NCBI GenBank assembly: GCA_038087875.1 | Contig: CM075988.1 | Span: 25,484,001 to 25,548,000 of the forward strand | Length of the DNA stretch: 64,000 nt | Source of the DNA: Malacoraja senta | Lineage: Eukaryota | Reading direction: 5' to 3' | Part shown: positions 49,723 through 63,250 of the stretch, one piece after another | Layout: each line of letters opens with the position of its first letter | How positions within the stretch are numbered: the stretch's first letter is position 1 | Translations under genes and position numbers: made by a program | The notes under the pieces: model-generated | The model's input: only the letters and a program-made list of their open reading frames with translations | Told to the model about the DNA's origin: nothing | Database searches by the model: none

Positions 49723-52700
49723 GTAAGCGGGCCGTTTTTACTGTGTGTGTGTGTGAGTGTGTTGAGCGCTGGAGGGAGGGAGGGAGGGATGGATGGGTGG
49801 ATGGGCCCGGCGCCGAGTGTCACTAGGCCGCAGTATATTTGGTCTCCACAAAGAGTTGGAAGCTGCTCTCACTTCACCCTCACACTTCCCCATCGCCGCT
49901 CCTGCTGCCCGGAAAAAAACCTTCCAACACCAGCTTTAATTTAATTTAAGGCTTTTCAGCTCAGCTTTTTTTTTTAAATTTTATCATGCTCGTTGGAGTT
50001 TCAATAGTGGATGGGAGAGGACTGAGAAAATGTGTGTCAAATATGGAACCGAACCTCGGCTGGGGTTTTTTTTCGAGAAAGGAGGCCCCTTGTGTTTTGT
50101 TTCCACCACGAAACGTCACCTATTCCTTTTCTCCAGAGATGCTGCCTGTCTGGCTGAGTTACTCCAGCTTTTTTGTGTCTTCGGTGCAAACCAGCATCCT
50201 TCCCCTTCAGCTGAATTGCTTTGAAATACTCTTTGACATATCCTTAAGTGGACCTGAACGCTTCGCTTCTAAAGCCAGTCCTCTTTAAGGGTTATGTTGA
50301 ATAAGGCTTTCACTTCTTAATCATGTATTTCTTTAGCATTCTCTTGGTACTGAGAAGAAATTACTGAAATATTGCAATACAAATATATTTTTTCTTTAAG
50401 CAGGTTGCTTAATCCAAAGTGATTGCTTAACTTGACAGAAGTTAAGGATTCTGAAATATTTGCAACAAATGCTGTATTTAAGTATTGGTTTCTGTATTAG
50501 ATGTTTGTGCCTTTTGAGTCTCAACACACTCCTTTACACTCCTTTCAGCATCGAGTAAGTGACAAGAGGACTTGCATTTTTTTTCCTGTGTGGTGTAGAT
50601 GTGACACATCATCATACAGTGCATTGCGAAAAAGCAGATCTAGTCATGGTTCATTTTTTGTTAATTCACTTGTGTTAGTATTGACAATCTATATAACCTA
50701 AAGTATAATTATTGAAGTCTTTAATTTTTCATGTTGGCTTTGTCACTTTTTTTGAGTAACAAGTTGATGTTGGGGAGAAGTGCATCAGGGTGATTAAATT
50801 CCACCATTTGTCATCTGAAATAGTGTGTGTAGTAGTGATGCAGTAAATCCTGCTTGTTAAATACATTCCAGATATTGGGATTTATGTCTAGATTGGGGAA
50901 AAACAAACATTTGTTAAAATGTGGATTAAGATTTTCATCTTTAAATTTAAGGGAACAAAATGTTTTACTTGGAATTCAAAATAGCAACTGGTTTTAAACA
51001 TATGGCCATGTACAGCAGGTGTAAATTAAGTATACGTTGAGGTCGGCATTTATCCAACTCCAATTGTCCCATTTCCCCCTTCCCTTGCCTCCCTCAATAT
51101 CCTAGGATATATTAAATCAGACCCTGGGCACTTGTCCTCTTCAACATTTTTCAAGACACTCCAACACTTCCTTAATATCAACATGCCCTAAAATATCAAC
51201 ATTTCATTGTCATCCATCCTTTTCCTTGGTGAATACAGATACAAAGGTAATGAGTATTGTTCACTTCCTCTGGCCCCATCTATAAATTCCCTCCTCTACC
51301 CTTGAGTGGATCTACCAGCTTTCTCCGCATGCATGTACAAATTGTCTTGGGATTCTCTTTAATCTTACTTGCTGAGGATATGACATGTCCCCTTTAAGCT
51401 TTCCTAATTCCTTCTTTCCTGTTTCCTTTATCCTAAGGGCCTTGTCCGATTTTAGTTTCCTAAACTTTGCACAAGTTTCTTTTTGACTAAACTTGGAATA
51501 TCTCTTGTCATTTGAGATTTTCGAACCATACCATTCTCACCTTTCATCTCACAGGAACATTTTGGTCTTTAAAAGACTCCCACTTATCAAATGTTGATTT
51601 ACAACCAAACAATTATTCCAAATGTATTTTTTCCTGTTCCTTTCCCCAATATAGCCCTTTCACTTTAGGACCAGTTTCATCCTTATCTGTAACTATCTTA
51701 AAACTTATGGAGTTCTGATCCCTGTTCCAAAAATGTTCCATCACTGAAATTTAGATCACCTGATCACTTGTTCCACAGTACAATGTCCAATATGACCCCT
51801 TTCGGAGTTGGATTATCTTCATATTGTTTAAGCAATTCTCCCAAAGAAGTCTGCCCCTTCTAAACACCTGGCACTAAGAGAACCCCAGAAGCAAGAATTG
51901 TGGTATTTCAAAAAAGAGAAGAATATGACGATGAGAATGTAGTTTTCCTTATTTTGTGTCATTAGGAAAATGTTTGGTTGTTAATCTTAATGATGGAGCT
52001 CTGGTGAATATTGGCGCTTTTGGATATGGGCACAGAGCAGCCTGTTGCTTATTGGCCAGTCTTGACTGTTGTGGAATATTTAGGTCAGGTTTGAGGGACA
52101 AAGTGACTCACAAATTATTTATCTATTTTCATGCCACAAGTTCAGGAAGACATGTCAAATAATATTGTTAAGTAAGAGCCTGTGATATGATTTGTATCTT
52201 GGTGTCTTACTAACTTGAGCTTTGTGGGAAGCTATCTGGGTTTTACATATTTTGCTTTGCATATTTTAGTTAATGCATGTTTAAAGACCGTGACAGTCTG
52301 ACTGAATTTGGCTGGCGGTGCTAATTAACTTTGACAAAGCTACATATTTAAGCAAACAGTAGCAAAGTGAGCCACCAGTTGTGCAGACGGGTGTCTGTAA
52401 TGCAGGTGACCCCTGCATCATGATGGGGTTGTGTTCCTAGAAAATGATCTCTCACATATTCCTTAACCAAAAGTGCATCATCTGCACATCTGTCAAAAAA
52501 TGAATTAGAAAAAATATATATTTGTTTACTTTTTGACAGATTTTGTAAGAGCAATTATTTTAATTCTGTTTCCCAGATTTTTGGTTGAATTTGTAAATTC
52601 TATATGGAAAGTTTCCATATGGGATCTGCTGTAATGCGGGGTCACCTGTGCTTTGCTTGCTGTGTTTGACTGATCAGAGCTATTGAATTGTTTCAGAAGT

Positions 52701-54739
52701 TTTAAAAGACTGAATAGGTTGAAACCTTTCATAAAGATAAATCTGATTATTTTTTGGGGGGGGCGGGGGTTGGTTTGCCAAGTTGATGGTAGTCTTTAAT
52801 GTAATGAGGGTAGATGTGGAGAATATCTTCACTTATGGGGGATAAATAACTGGAGGTCAATGCAGAAATATATAATACCCATCACCTACCCACCTGCTGA
52901 AAAGGGAAGTCTGATTTGTTGACGTCAAATGTGGTCATTCTGGCACACCATAGTACACCGTTCTTAAAGAATTGACGTATTGAATTCTCTGGATTTACCA
53001 ATTTAAGATTTTGTACCTAGGTGCAGACTGCAATTGAAACTCGTACTCTACCAGGCGACGGGGATAGTGTTTTGCATTGGGAATTGACATTGCAATGCAT
53101 TTCACTGTTAAATATTTCATTGTTAACTGTCATGACTGGTAGATTTTTAAAATCGCATGTGTCTTGATAAAATTATGGCTATGGTATACAGTATCTAATC
53201 TTTTGACAACCCATTTTCATTTCTTCTGGGGGAATAGAGGCCAAGCTAGGCTAGCTAGTAAAGAGGGATTGGTTTAGGTGGGTTTAGAAGTATCCTTTGT
53301 GCCCCTCGATACAAAGTAGCTGCAACCCTTCTGTGTACGTAGTTTTTGGATGAGCCATATGAAAGACACAGATTGAATGGAACTTATCCACATGTGTAAG
53401 GAAGTAGTGATACATTTTGTAGTATTTGCTCTGCAGCTAGAATGCAGAGATTGTGATTAAATAGCAAAGTATGCACAAACTTGTCCCCATATGAAAGAAA
53501 TTATCTAAAAGGGTATTAGTTGAAGGATAAATGTTGAGTGGAGGTTAAATTAAATGAATGGTGATTTTCTCGTTTGAGAGCTGGACTGTGACTTGATCCC
53601 CTAAACGCTTGGCTTCATGTATGCAGTCACTGCGATGTAGAGATAGTGCTTTGAAATGATGCACTTTGTATTCTTTAAACATTGAAACAAAATCTTTAAT
53701 TTTATATCACAGGCCGTCTCCAGGTTCCACTCCTGAGAACTGTTTGTAAGTTGGAAATGAACTGATTTAATGAATGAAGGATCATTCATCGCTCAGCTGT
53801 TGTATAATCACATTCGGTCACATCTGATGTAAATATACCATTGCTTGATCTTTTTGTTTCGTTTGGTGAAGGATAAAGAAATCTTCTCAAACTACATTTT
53901 GGGTTGACCCACAGCCTAAATAGTGTTTTTCTAGGGAGAGTTCTAGAATTGTATTGCTTTTATGTCATCGTGTTGAAGTGCTTTTTCTGACATTATCTCT
54001 GAATGAATGATTACAAAATTCATAAATAACCACCCAAAATAATTGAGATACAGAAAAAAATAAATCAAATTTTTTCAACTTGTGTCTTGATACAGGCACA
54101 GATGACTTGGTTTTGCATTCTAGAAATTTCCAACATAGACCATTTTCTAGGAATGCGACATTCCAGTTCCTTGTGGACTTGAGTGTACGGGACAAATGTA
54201 ATAGTAGTGATGTGTGTGACTAGGCAAGTCTTAAATTAATTAAGGGTTGGTTGTGTCATCACATGTTCTTCTGCCTAAACAATAGCACTCCCCAGGCATG
54301 GGAGAAGTTGAATTCTACACGTGATCTGATCATGAACCTAAATATTCTGAAAGAGCCAATGATATTTCATCTTCAAAAATGATATCCATGATATTTAACA
54401 CAGAAAACTTTTCATTGTTAACTAATTTTTCTCCAATATAATTGATTTTGTAACAGTTGGACGTTAACTCTGTTATAGTTATGTAACATCTGATGCTTGA
54501 TAAATTGACTTCATATTTGTGGAAGTGAAAATATCACTGTCAATATCCCTCCTAATCCAACTTGAATTACAATACCTGATATTGTTTTTCTGGAAGGAGT
54601 TTGACTTTTCTATACTTGTCTATCGGGGGAGGGGAAAATTGAACGTAGTCGGTGTGATTGAGTGGTGCCCAATTTGGCAATTAAACATTGCCCTCATTAT
54701 TCTGTTGGGTGGAGTGTGGTGAAAGCAGCATGGCAGTCA

Positions 54740-55760
54740 TACCGCCTCAACTTCTCCACTCCCCTTTCTCACTCTACCCTCTCCCCCCCTGAACGTACAG
54801 CCCTTCACTCGCTCTGCAACAACCCAGACTAGGTGATCAAACCTGCTGACAAGGGACATGCCGTGGTAGTCTGGCGAGCTGATCTCTACAAGGCCGAGGC
54901 CACGCGCCAACTCTCAGACACCTCCTCCTACTTATCCTTGGACCATGACCCCACAGACGAGCACCAGGCCACTATCTCTAGCACCATCACTGACTTCATC
55001 ACTTCCAGCTCCCTGCCCTCCCAAGCCTCCAACCTCATCGTTCCCCAGCCCCGCACGGCCCGATTTTACCTTCTCCCCAAAATCCACAAACCAGACTGTC
55101 CTGGCAGACCCATTGTTTCTGCCTGTTCGTGTCCTACCGAACTTATTTCCACATACCTCGACTCCATCCTATCCCCCCTGGTTAAATCTCTCCCTACCTA
55201 TGTTCAAGACACCTCACACGCTCTTCGTCTACTCCATGACTTCCGTTTTCCAGGCCCCCATTCCCTTATCTTCACCATGGACGTCCAGTCACTACACCTC
55301 CATCCCCCACCAGGAGGGTCTTAAAGCCCTTTGTTTCTTCCTCGACCGCAGAACAAACCAATCCCCGTCTACTGATACACTCCTCCGCTGGTCCTTACCC
55401 GTAACAACTTTTCGTTTGACTCCATTCAAGGACCCAAGCAGTCTTTCCAGGTGCGGCAGAGGTTCACCTGCACCGCCCCCAACCTCATCTATTGCATCCG
55501 CTGCTCTAGGTGTCAGCTGCTCTGTATCGGTGAGACCAAGCATAGGCTTGGCGATCGCTTCGCTCAGTTCGCAATAACTAACCTGATCTCCCGGTGGCTC
55601 AGCACTTCAACCCCCCCTCCCATTCCGAATCCGACCTTTCTGTCCTGGGCCTCCATGGCCAGAGTGAGGCCCACAGCAAATTGGAGGAGCAGCACCTCAT
55701 ATTTCGCCTGGGCAGTTTACACCCCAGCGGTATGAACATTGACTTCTTTAATTTCAGTTA
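54740..55760 (+). mobile_element. Penelope-like retroelement fragment (RT plus GIY-YIG), internally deleted and frameshifted
   Basis: IKPADKG..VVVW, LPKIHK..PGRPIVS and TMDVQSL RT motifs, then a jump near 55420 to RFTCT..NLIYCIRCSRC..LCIGETK.RLGDRF (GIY-YIG with Cys motif). Confidence 0.9.
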
Positions 55761-56245
55761 GTCCCGGCTTTCTCCTCCCCTTCCCAGCTCTCCCTCAGGT
55801 CCAATACGCTTCATCAGATCTGAGCCTCAATTATACATTTTCTGTTTACCTACTTTACTATTAAGGGCACAGGTGTTTTGCTGTTAATGTATAATTGCTG
55901 GATTTACAAAGTCATAGATGAATCCAAGAGAAGGGAATGGGAAGATATGGTCCATGGTTTGCGAAATTTGGAGTATAAATTTATTTATGGTATATGCAGG
56001 GTAAAAATGTATCCTTGCAATCAAATTGGCTAGGATTCACAATCATTGTTACATTATAGTCGTTGTATTGAGTGAGAATTGGGTTGCCGGTATATGATGC
56101 TATTGTGCAGACTCCATGCAGAATAGCTAGTTTAATCATGATGCTGTAAACAGCAAGGTCTGGGAAATTATTCTCTTTTTTTGTGGGATTTTATTTATAA
56201 CTACAGCTCTTGTTTATTATGTCAATTTCTTTGAGCCAGTTCTAA

Positions 56246-56809
56246 AGGCCCTGTCCCACGGGCAGGCGGTTCCAGGCGGTAAGCATGGCGTCGCCGGAAG
56301 TGGGGACCGCGCGGCTGCCGCGCGGATGCCGAGTGATCACCATACGGCTGGTCCCACGAGCATGCGAATGCATGCGGCAAGCGCCACCTTACCGGAAGCG
56401 GTTGCCGCGCGGATGCCGGGTGATCACCGCACGGCCTGTCCCATGCGCATGCGAATGCATGCGGCGATCGCGAACTTACCGGAAGCCGTTGAGGTCTCGG
56501 ATCTCGCGCGGTTTTAATGTGATCGGGTAAAAGGCGGGCCGACTGCGAATGGACGTCGCGCGGCGTCGGGTGATGACGTCAGCGCGCAAAGCAACGTGCT
56601 AGCCTACTCCATCGAGACGGCTCGCGGCGTCCAGGCGGTGCTTGCGGCGTCGAGGCGGCAGGCCGTTGCCGCATGGGATTTTTGGACAGTGTCAGTTTTT
56701 CTGAGCCCCGCGCGGTGTCGGGACCAACTACATATGGCTCCGGCGATCTGCGTGGGACCTGCTAAGCCGCGCTTACCGCCTGGAACCGCCTGCCCGTGGG
56801 ACAGGGCCT
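56246..56809. mobile_element. Non-autonomous PIF/Harbinger-type DNA transposon (MITE)
   Basis: Perfect 39-bp TIRs aggccctgtcccacgggcaggcggttccaggcggtaagc (56246-56284 and 56771-56809); TAA target duplication at 56243-56245 and 56810-56812; no transposase. Confidence 0.9.
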
Positions 56810-57815
56810 TAAAAGTGCCTTGCCTGTGAAATTTTCAATCAGGAACTTTTTTTACAACAAATATATCTGGATATTTGCTTTATTGTACATTTTCAAACTG
56901 CTGCAATGCAAACGTTTCTGTTTACTTGTGTACACTTTCAGTTACTGGTTATATGCCAGAATATCCCTTGGGCGAGTGAAAGTGCTTCTACAATAGCACA
57001 GAAGACCATGGCTGGAGATGGTCTCTCTTGCTGTTAGTTTGCTGAGGATTGGAAATTCTATGTTCAAGAAGGATCTGCAGATGCTGGAAAATCGAAGGTA
57101 GACAAAATTGCTGGAGAAACTCAGCGGGTGCAGCAGCATCTATGGAGTGAAGGAAATAGGTAACGTTTCGGGCCGAAACGTTGCCTATTTCCTTCGCTCC
57201 ATAGATGCTGCTGCACCCGCTGAGTTTCTCCAGCAATTCTGTCCACATTGGAAATTCTATATTCTTTCTCTTGACCAATTAATGCATTTAACATTGTCTT
57301 ATTAATATTAAATGGTTTTAAAACAACTTTGGGAATAGAACTGCTGAATATTCTTTTTTTTTAAAATCCAGAATTTGTTAGTTTGGTATCGGTGTGGATT
57401 TTACAAGCACCTTATCCTGTTTCTCTTGAATAGATATAACCTGGAAACTTAATCCGAGATTTAAGATTGTGTGGTGGCAACTTTGATACTTTAACATTAT
57501 AGAATAGTTATGTTCATTATTGTACACCAGGATATCTTGCAAAAATACAGCACCACATTAGTGTTAAAGAACAAATGAAATTGACAATCCACAGTGAACT
57601 CCTTGTTCCAAGGGAAAAAAGTATTTATCGCATCTGTTGCGAGGAATTTTAGGTTATAATGCTTCCACCAGTCATGTCCCAGCCTTCCTCTTTTCCCTTG
57701 ATGTATTTTGTATCCTATATCTGAGTTGCAGAATTATTTTTTTTTAAATACCACTGTACTGAGTTTACTCTGTAAATTTGCCCCTATTGTGTTTTTGCTT
57801 GCCCCCACACTCTAG

Positions 57816-58079
57816 GTGCTGTTGGCTACAGCTGTCTGCACCAAGGCCGGGAAGGCAATTGTCTCACGCCAGTTTGTAGAAATGACACGGACTCGTATTG
57901 AAGGCTTGCTGGCAGCATTCCCTAAACTCATGAACACTGGGAAACAGCACACATTTGTGGAGACGGAGAGTGTGCGGTACGTCTACCAGCCACTGGAAAA
58001 ACTCTACATGGTGTTGATCACAACTAAAAATAGCAACATCCTAGAAGATTTGGAAACACTCCGCCTATTCTCTCGAGTG
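57816..58079 (+). CDS. ARCN1: ARCN1 (coatomer delta) exon 2
   Basis: ctag|GTG CTG...CGA GTG|gtaaga; [88 protein letters not shown]; 264 nt. Confidence 0.98.
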
Positions 58080-59692
58080 GTAAGACCAATAAACAAGCTA
58101 TTAGTGTGCGCAAAGTGAAATGCACTGGATTGAATTTTAGAATATGCATTTCTATCAATTTCCCTCCTGGGATAAATAAAGTTTATTGATACAAATTAAT
58201 TTGTAAAAAAATCCTCTCGGACACCAGCAATTCCATTATCCTTGTTACCTTTGTATTTGTACTTCATATATGATAGGTTCAAATGTTTTTATAGACTGAT
58301 CCTGTAATATCAGGAAGTTATTTGATGTTATAAAACTCTCTCTAACTTGTGAAAAATGGAAGATAGATTTGTGCTGCTGGATCTACCATTTGAGATGGGG
58401 ACAAGCAGGTGTTTTTTTAAGATAAATATAATGTGGAGAGAGGGAATATTAAAATTCAAAAACAATTATTTAGTAGTTTTAAGCATGGCTGTCCTGTTGG
58501 TATGTGTGTATTTTGAGATTTAGGTTAACTTTGCTCACTCTTCACAATCAGCTGTTTGTGAGATTCTGACCACATCATATATCCAATCTGTATTGCTAGC
58601 TATAGCCAGTAATATCGTAAACTAGCTTAGCTTAGAAGGTGTTGTACCTTAATAGTGGCAGCAAAGAAAAATAAAAGTAGTCTATGTTTGCTTTCCCTTG
58701 CCATCCATCCATTTTTTGCGGCGCAAAATTTGTATGGTGTTTTGTTACAATACAGGGATTTGTCATGACAACTTTTTTTTGCTACATCAAAAATCTGGTG
58801 TGATTCTGTCTCATTTTGTGCAGGCATTTTAACATCAGGAAATGTTTTCTCTTGGCATATTTCTCAAACAATACCTTTTAAAAATGCAATATTATTATGT
58901 ATATGTCTTGTCCTGTTCCTGATTGCTTATAAAATATTCACTTGTGAATTTCCCACTGAAGTATTCACTACATTACACTGTAGAACTCATTTCATTTTAC
59001 TCTAGTTCCCAATTAATTTCCTTTCTTGATTGAAGAATTGCGTCGGTGATGTCAGCATGCAATTTAAAAAAAATCAAATCAACTAAAAAGATCTGAAAAT
59101 TGGGTCATTTGAAGTTATTTCTCTAGAGTAGTTTAGTAGCCAAAACTAAACTACTAGAGATCGGTCTCGAGGTATAAGGAGACATGAGAGTGGGATTTGG
59201 AGCCGTTTTAAATAACATTATGCATAGTATATTAGATATAATCTTTAATATTAGAAAGTTTATTTGGGTTAATATAGTTTAGGTGAATGCGTTGCACAAC
59301 TCTATTTTTGCCTGATTTATTGGAAAATTGGAGAATGCTTGCGCTAAGCAAATTTAGTTTTAGAAATGGTTTACCTTGTGTTTAGAAACCCCTTGCTGAT
59401 TTTGTCATGTTGGTGATTTTGGATACAAGCCCTGAATGGAGGTATACATATAATGGAGCCCCTTCTGATCTGAATCAGTTTATGATACTGTACCCAGTTA
59501 ACACCTGATACGACCAAAGGAGTTACTTTCTATTTCTCTTTATAATATTTATTTCCAAAGTCTAACTGATTTAAATTCCTAGTAAAAAGTTCACAAACCA
59601 CAGGCATGGTAATATTCTGACTAAACCCCATTAGAATTGATTATTTTTGTCTGCCTTACAGGCGTTTGGATCAACTGCTTTTTGTTTTGTAG

Positions 59693-59872
59693 ATTCCAGA
59701 GTATTGCAGAGTGCTGGAAGAGAGTGAGATATCAGAACATTGTTTTGACCTAATATTTGCCTTTGATGAGATTGTGGCATTGGGCTACCGTGAAAATGTC
59801 AATCTTGCCCAGATCAGAACATTCACAGAAATGGATTCCCACGAAGAAAAAGTTTTCCGTGCTGTTCGAGAG
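59693..59872 (+). CDS. ARCN1: ARCN1 exon 3
   Basis: tttgtag|ATT CCA GAG...CGA GAG|gtaacc; IPEYCRVLEESEISEHCFDLIFAFDEIVALGYRENVNLAQIRTFTEMDSHEEKVFRAVRE; 180 nt. Confidence 0.98.
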
Positions 59873-59961
59873 GTAACCAAGATAAAAAGAATCCTGATGG
59901 TTCAGTCTAACTTTTAAAACTGAGTAGGAGGAGATTAGATATCAAACTCTTCTGAATCAAA

Positions 59962-60680
59962 GATAGGCATAAAATGTTAGAGTAACTCAGCGGGTCAGGC
60001 AGCATCCCTGGAGAACATCGATAGGTGAAGTTCTGGGTTGGAATATTTCTTCAGGCTGATTGTAGGAGGGGGTGGGAAAGAAAGAATAGAGAGGAGGGGT
60101 TGGACAGAGCCCAACCGGTAATAGTTGAACACAGGCGAGGGGGTTATTTGATCGGCAGATTGTTGGAAAATGGCAGCGATGTAGAGGTGTGAGGCTGAAA
60201 AAATAAAGAGTTGTGAATTGGGTATCCATTCTAAATGACACAAGAGGAGGAGGGAAGGGGGGGGGGGGAGGAGAGAAAGGGGAGGAAGAAGAAGACTATT
60301 GTGGGTTAGTTAAAATCAGAAAGTTCAATGTTCATACTGTTAGGTTGTAAGCTACCAAAGTTGAATACAAGGTGTTGTTGGTCCAGTTTGTATGTGGCCT
60401 CACGCTAGCTATGGAGGAGGCCCAGGACAGAAAGGTCAGTGTGGGAATGGGAATTAAAATGCTTAGCAACCAAGAGTTCCAGTAGGCCGGGTGCAAGTGT
60501 TTGGCAAAGCGGTCACCAAGTTTATCAGCCTCGTTGATATACAGGAGCCCACAACGGGAACACTGGTTGCAGTAGGTGAGGTTAGAGGAGGTGCACGTGA
60601 ATCTCTGTGTCACCTGGAAGGGCTGCTGGGGTCCCTGATTGGAGGTGAGGGAGAGGGTATAGGGACAGGTGTTACATCTC
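59962..60680 (-). mobile_element. Penelope-like 3' fragment: GIY-YIG endonuclease, UTR and terminal repeat
   Basis: Minus-strand RCNTCPY...QRFTCTSSNLTYC.QCSRCGLLYI.E, followed downstream by a degenerate ctgaagaa...acccagaacttcacctat...gatgctgcctgacccgctgagttactc unit. Confidence 0.85.
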
Positions 60681-61054
60681 AAAGTCTCTTGCCCCAAAGT
60701 CGTGTCACATCCTGACTGAAATGTGTCACAAACCTTTAACGTCACTGGGTCTAAATGCTGGGGATTTTCTTGCCACGCCTCTGTGTGTTTGTACTCGAGT
60801 CAGAAGAAATGGTTCAAGAAACCATTAGCCATCATCCTGAGTTAGTGTAGGAATGGGCAATAAAGGCAGACCTTGCCAGTGTTGCATGGATCCCCAAAAT
60901 ACCAGGACATTTTTCAACTCCAAAATAATCCACTTGTTGCCTTCTGGACACAATATTCAAAAATGAAAGCCATATTTACGATCCATAATTCTATGTAGTA
61001 TATGCAAACCTTTCAAGTCTGGGCTATGTAAATTTATTTGCATTTCCTTTTAAG

Positions 61055-61260
61055 ACACAAGAACGTGAAGCAAAAGCGGAGATGCGCCGAAAGGCCAAGG
61101 AATTGCAACAGGCTCGCAGAGACGCAGAAAGACAAGGCAAGAAGACTTCTGGGTTTGGAGGCTTTGGTAGTGGAGGAATCTCCAGCAACTCTGCAGCCTC
61201 CATGATAACAGACACCATCATTGAACCAGAGAAACCAAAGATGACACCGACAGTGATGAG
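61055..61260 (+). CDS. ARCN1: ARCN1 exon 4
   Basis: ttttaag|ACA CAA...ATG AG|gtgggt; TQEREAKAEMRRKAKELQQARRDAERQGKKTSGFGGFGS...; 206 nt. Confidence 0.97.
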
Positions 61261-63091
61261 GTGGGTGACCACTTACTGGTGCTCCATGTGGTCTAATTAA
61301 TACAGGAAACTATCTTCCCACAAATAAGCTGATTGCACCTTAAGAATATCTGTCATAAGTCTGTTGCGTGAGTGTGACTGATTCTTGTGGGATTTTTGGT
61401 ATCAGTCCTGTGTGAGGTTGGTCACACCATCAGTGGTGTATGCTTTTATACTTCTGCCATGCATTATGCACTTTTTATTAATTGCCCTTATTTTCAATTT
61501 CAGTGACAAGAATAGTGATCACTGATTTTATAATAAATATATATTAAATATATCTGCTGCTCCAAGATAAATCAAAATATTGGAGAACTGTGCTCAGTTT
61601 TGCGCTTCAAGAAACCTGTTGGAGTGACAGAAGTCTCGAAGGATAGGAGTTCCATTTTCATTAAACTGCATGGTGGTGACTTGGAAGACAACTCAGATTG
61701 TGTTAATTTCAAAGTGAGAATTTGGAATGGAAATGGCCCAGTGAGGTGGACATTTGGACTTTTGAGAGGAATTGTTAGAACATTTTGACCACACTACCCT
61801 GAAACTGCGCATAAGTGGCTATACAGTAAAGGCTGTATGTCTTCAGGTTTATCAATGTTCTGGCTTCCTGAATTTGACATAAAACAGTTGTTACTATTAC
61901 CATATTGTAATTGCTATTGAAGAAAGCAGTGTCATTTATTTTTTTTGTTTAAGTCTTGTCTGCAAAGTCAACTTCTATTCCACTATTCCCTTCCTGGGTT
62001 TACAGCTAATTGACATTCTTGGAGATGACCTGCGTTTTGATTTTTAGAGGGATGTGCGTTTTGTTTCTCTGGTATGTTTGTGAGAATACTGACAGTTACT
62101 GTTAGAGATTTGCTGCTTTCAGTGCGAGCTTTATCTTCTGAATTCTACATTTTAGAGATGAGTTATATAGGTTTCAATATATAACAATATTGGCATGCAA
62201 TGATCTCCCATGATGTGTACATCATCAGCTTGAGGAACATTTTACAAAGAACCCTGATATCCTTCCTGTTTCATTCTTTTGACTTTCAAATTTAAGTTTG
62301 AGTTATTTTTGAGCTGATGTTCAAGAACATCCAAATCCAGCAAATATATCTTTGAAGTCTGGTCCATGGGACAGATTGGCAACAGTGGCTTTTAAAAACA
62401 AAATATTTTAAAGAATTAGACGTTGAATGTGTCTGAAATCACTTGAGTAAAGAGATAATGGTGTTTTTGCCTCTGCAGCTTTCCTTACCAGCCGGCTGAG
62501 ACGCTTACATTTCGTATTGTAGGGTAGAGTTAATTATTCCTTGGCCTGTTTCAGTTTGTAAAACAAAAAATGTTAGTTGTTGTATATTATGGATCAAACC
62601 TGTGCCATTTTAAACCCATTATCACTTGTGTTCTCTTGTGGATTAAGGGCTGATGCAGCAGGTCTTGCGTGTGAAGCTGGTTTATATATAATCAGGTACG
62701 GTGTGCTTCAATTGCTCTCAGTAATGCATGGGAAGGGGGCCCTTCCTGCAACACCCAGTACACAGTAGCCTATTGAGTTGAAGGCCCTTTTTGTTTTCTT
62801 CTGCTTATCTTGGCTTGATTGTGGTGTCACTGTGTGCATAGTAGACTTAAAAAATGTTTACAGATATACATTGGTATAATTCGTGTACTGTACCAAGCAC
62901 ATTTGTGGGAAAAGTGCTGCAATGTCACAACAGTCAAAAGTTAACATCTATTGTTTGGGAAAACCGGTAGAATTACATAGGTAAATATGAAAATATTGGC
63001 ATGTCAAATGGTAAGCTAATTGAGTTCATTGTTAAACCTAGGGTTTAATTCTCCAACTCTAACATAAAAACATTTCCATTTGTTTCCTCAG

Positions 63092-63250
63092 ACCTTCTGG
63101 TCCAAGCAAAGCCTTAAAACTTGGAGCAAAAGGAAAAGATGTGGAGAATTTCGTAGATAAACTGAAACTAGAAGGAGAACAAATCAGTTCCTCGACAAAG
63201 CGTTTGTCAGAAGCAGCTAAAGTGCTGTCACCTCCCATTAACGTAGAAAG
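63092..63250 (+). CDS. ARCN1: ARCN1 exon 5; gene continues past the right edge
   Basis: cctcag|A CCT TCT...GAA AG|gtgggt; RPSGPSKALKLGAKGKDVENFVDKLKLEGEQISSSTKRLSEAAKVLSPPINVE; 159 nt, phase 2-2. Confidence 0.95.

Noticed and set aside
54833..55735. Active or domesticated reverse transcriptase gene
   Set aside because: Frameshift near 55295 and a large deletion removing the catalytic core; a dead fragment.
59040..59570. Possible intronic C/D snoRNA (TGATG...CTGA words) in ARCN1 intron 2
   Set aside because: No canonical RTGATGA box with a terminal stem and no recognisable guide; compatible with chance.
59654..59692. Upstream alternative acceptor (ttacag at 59661) for ARCN1 exon 3
   Set aside because: It would add 31 nt and shift the frame; the downstream AG restores the conserved protein, and nothing supports use of the upstream one.
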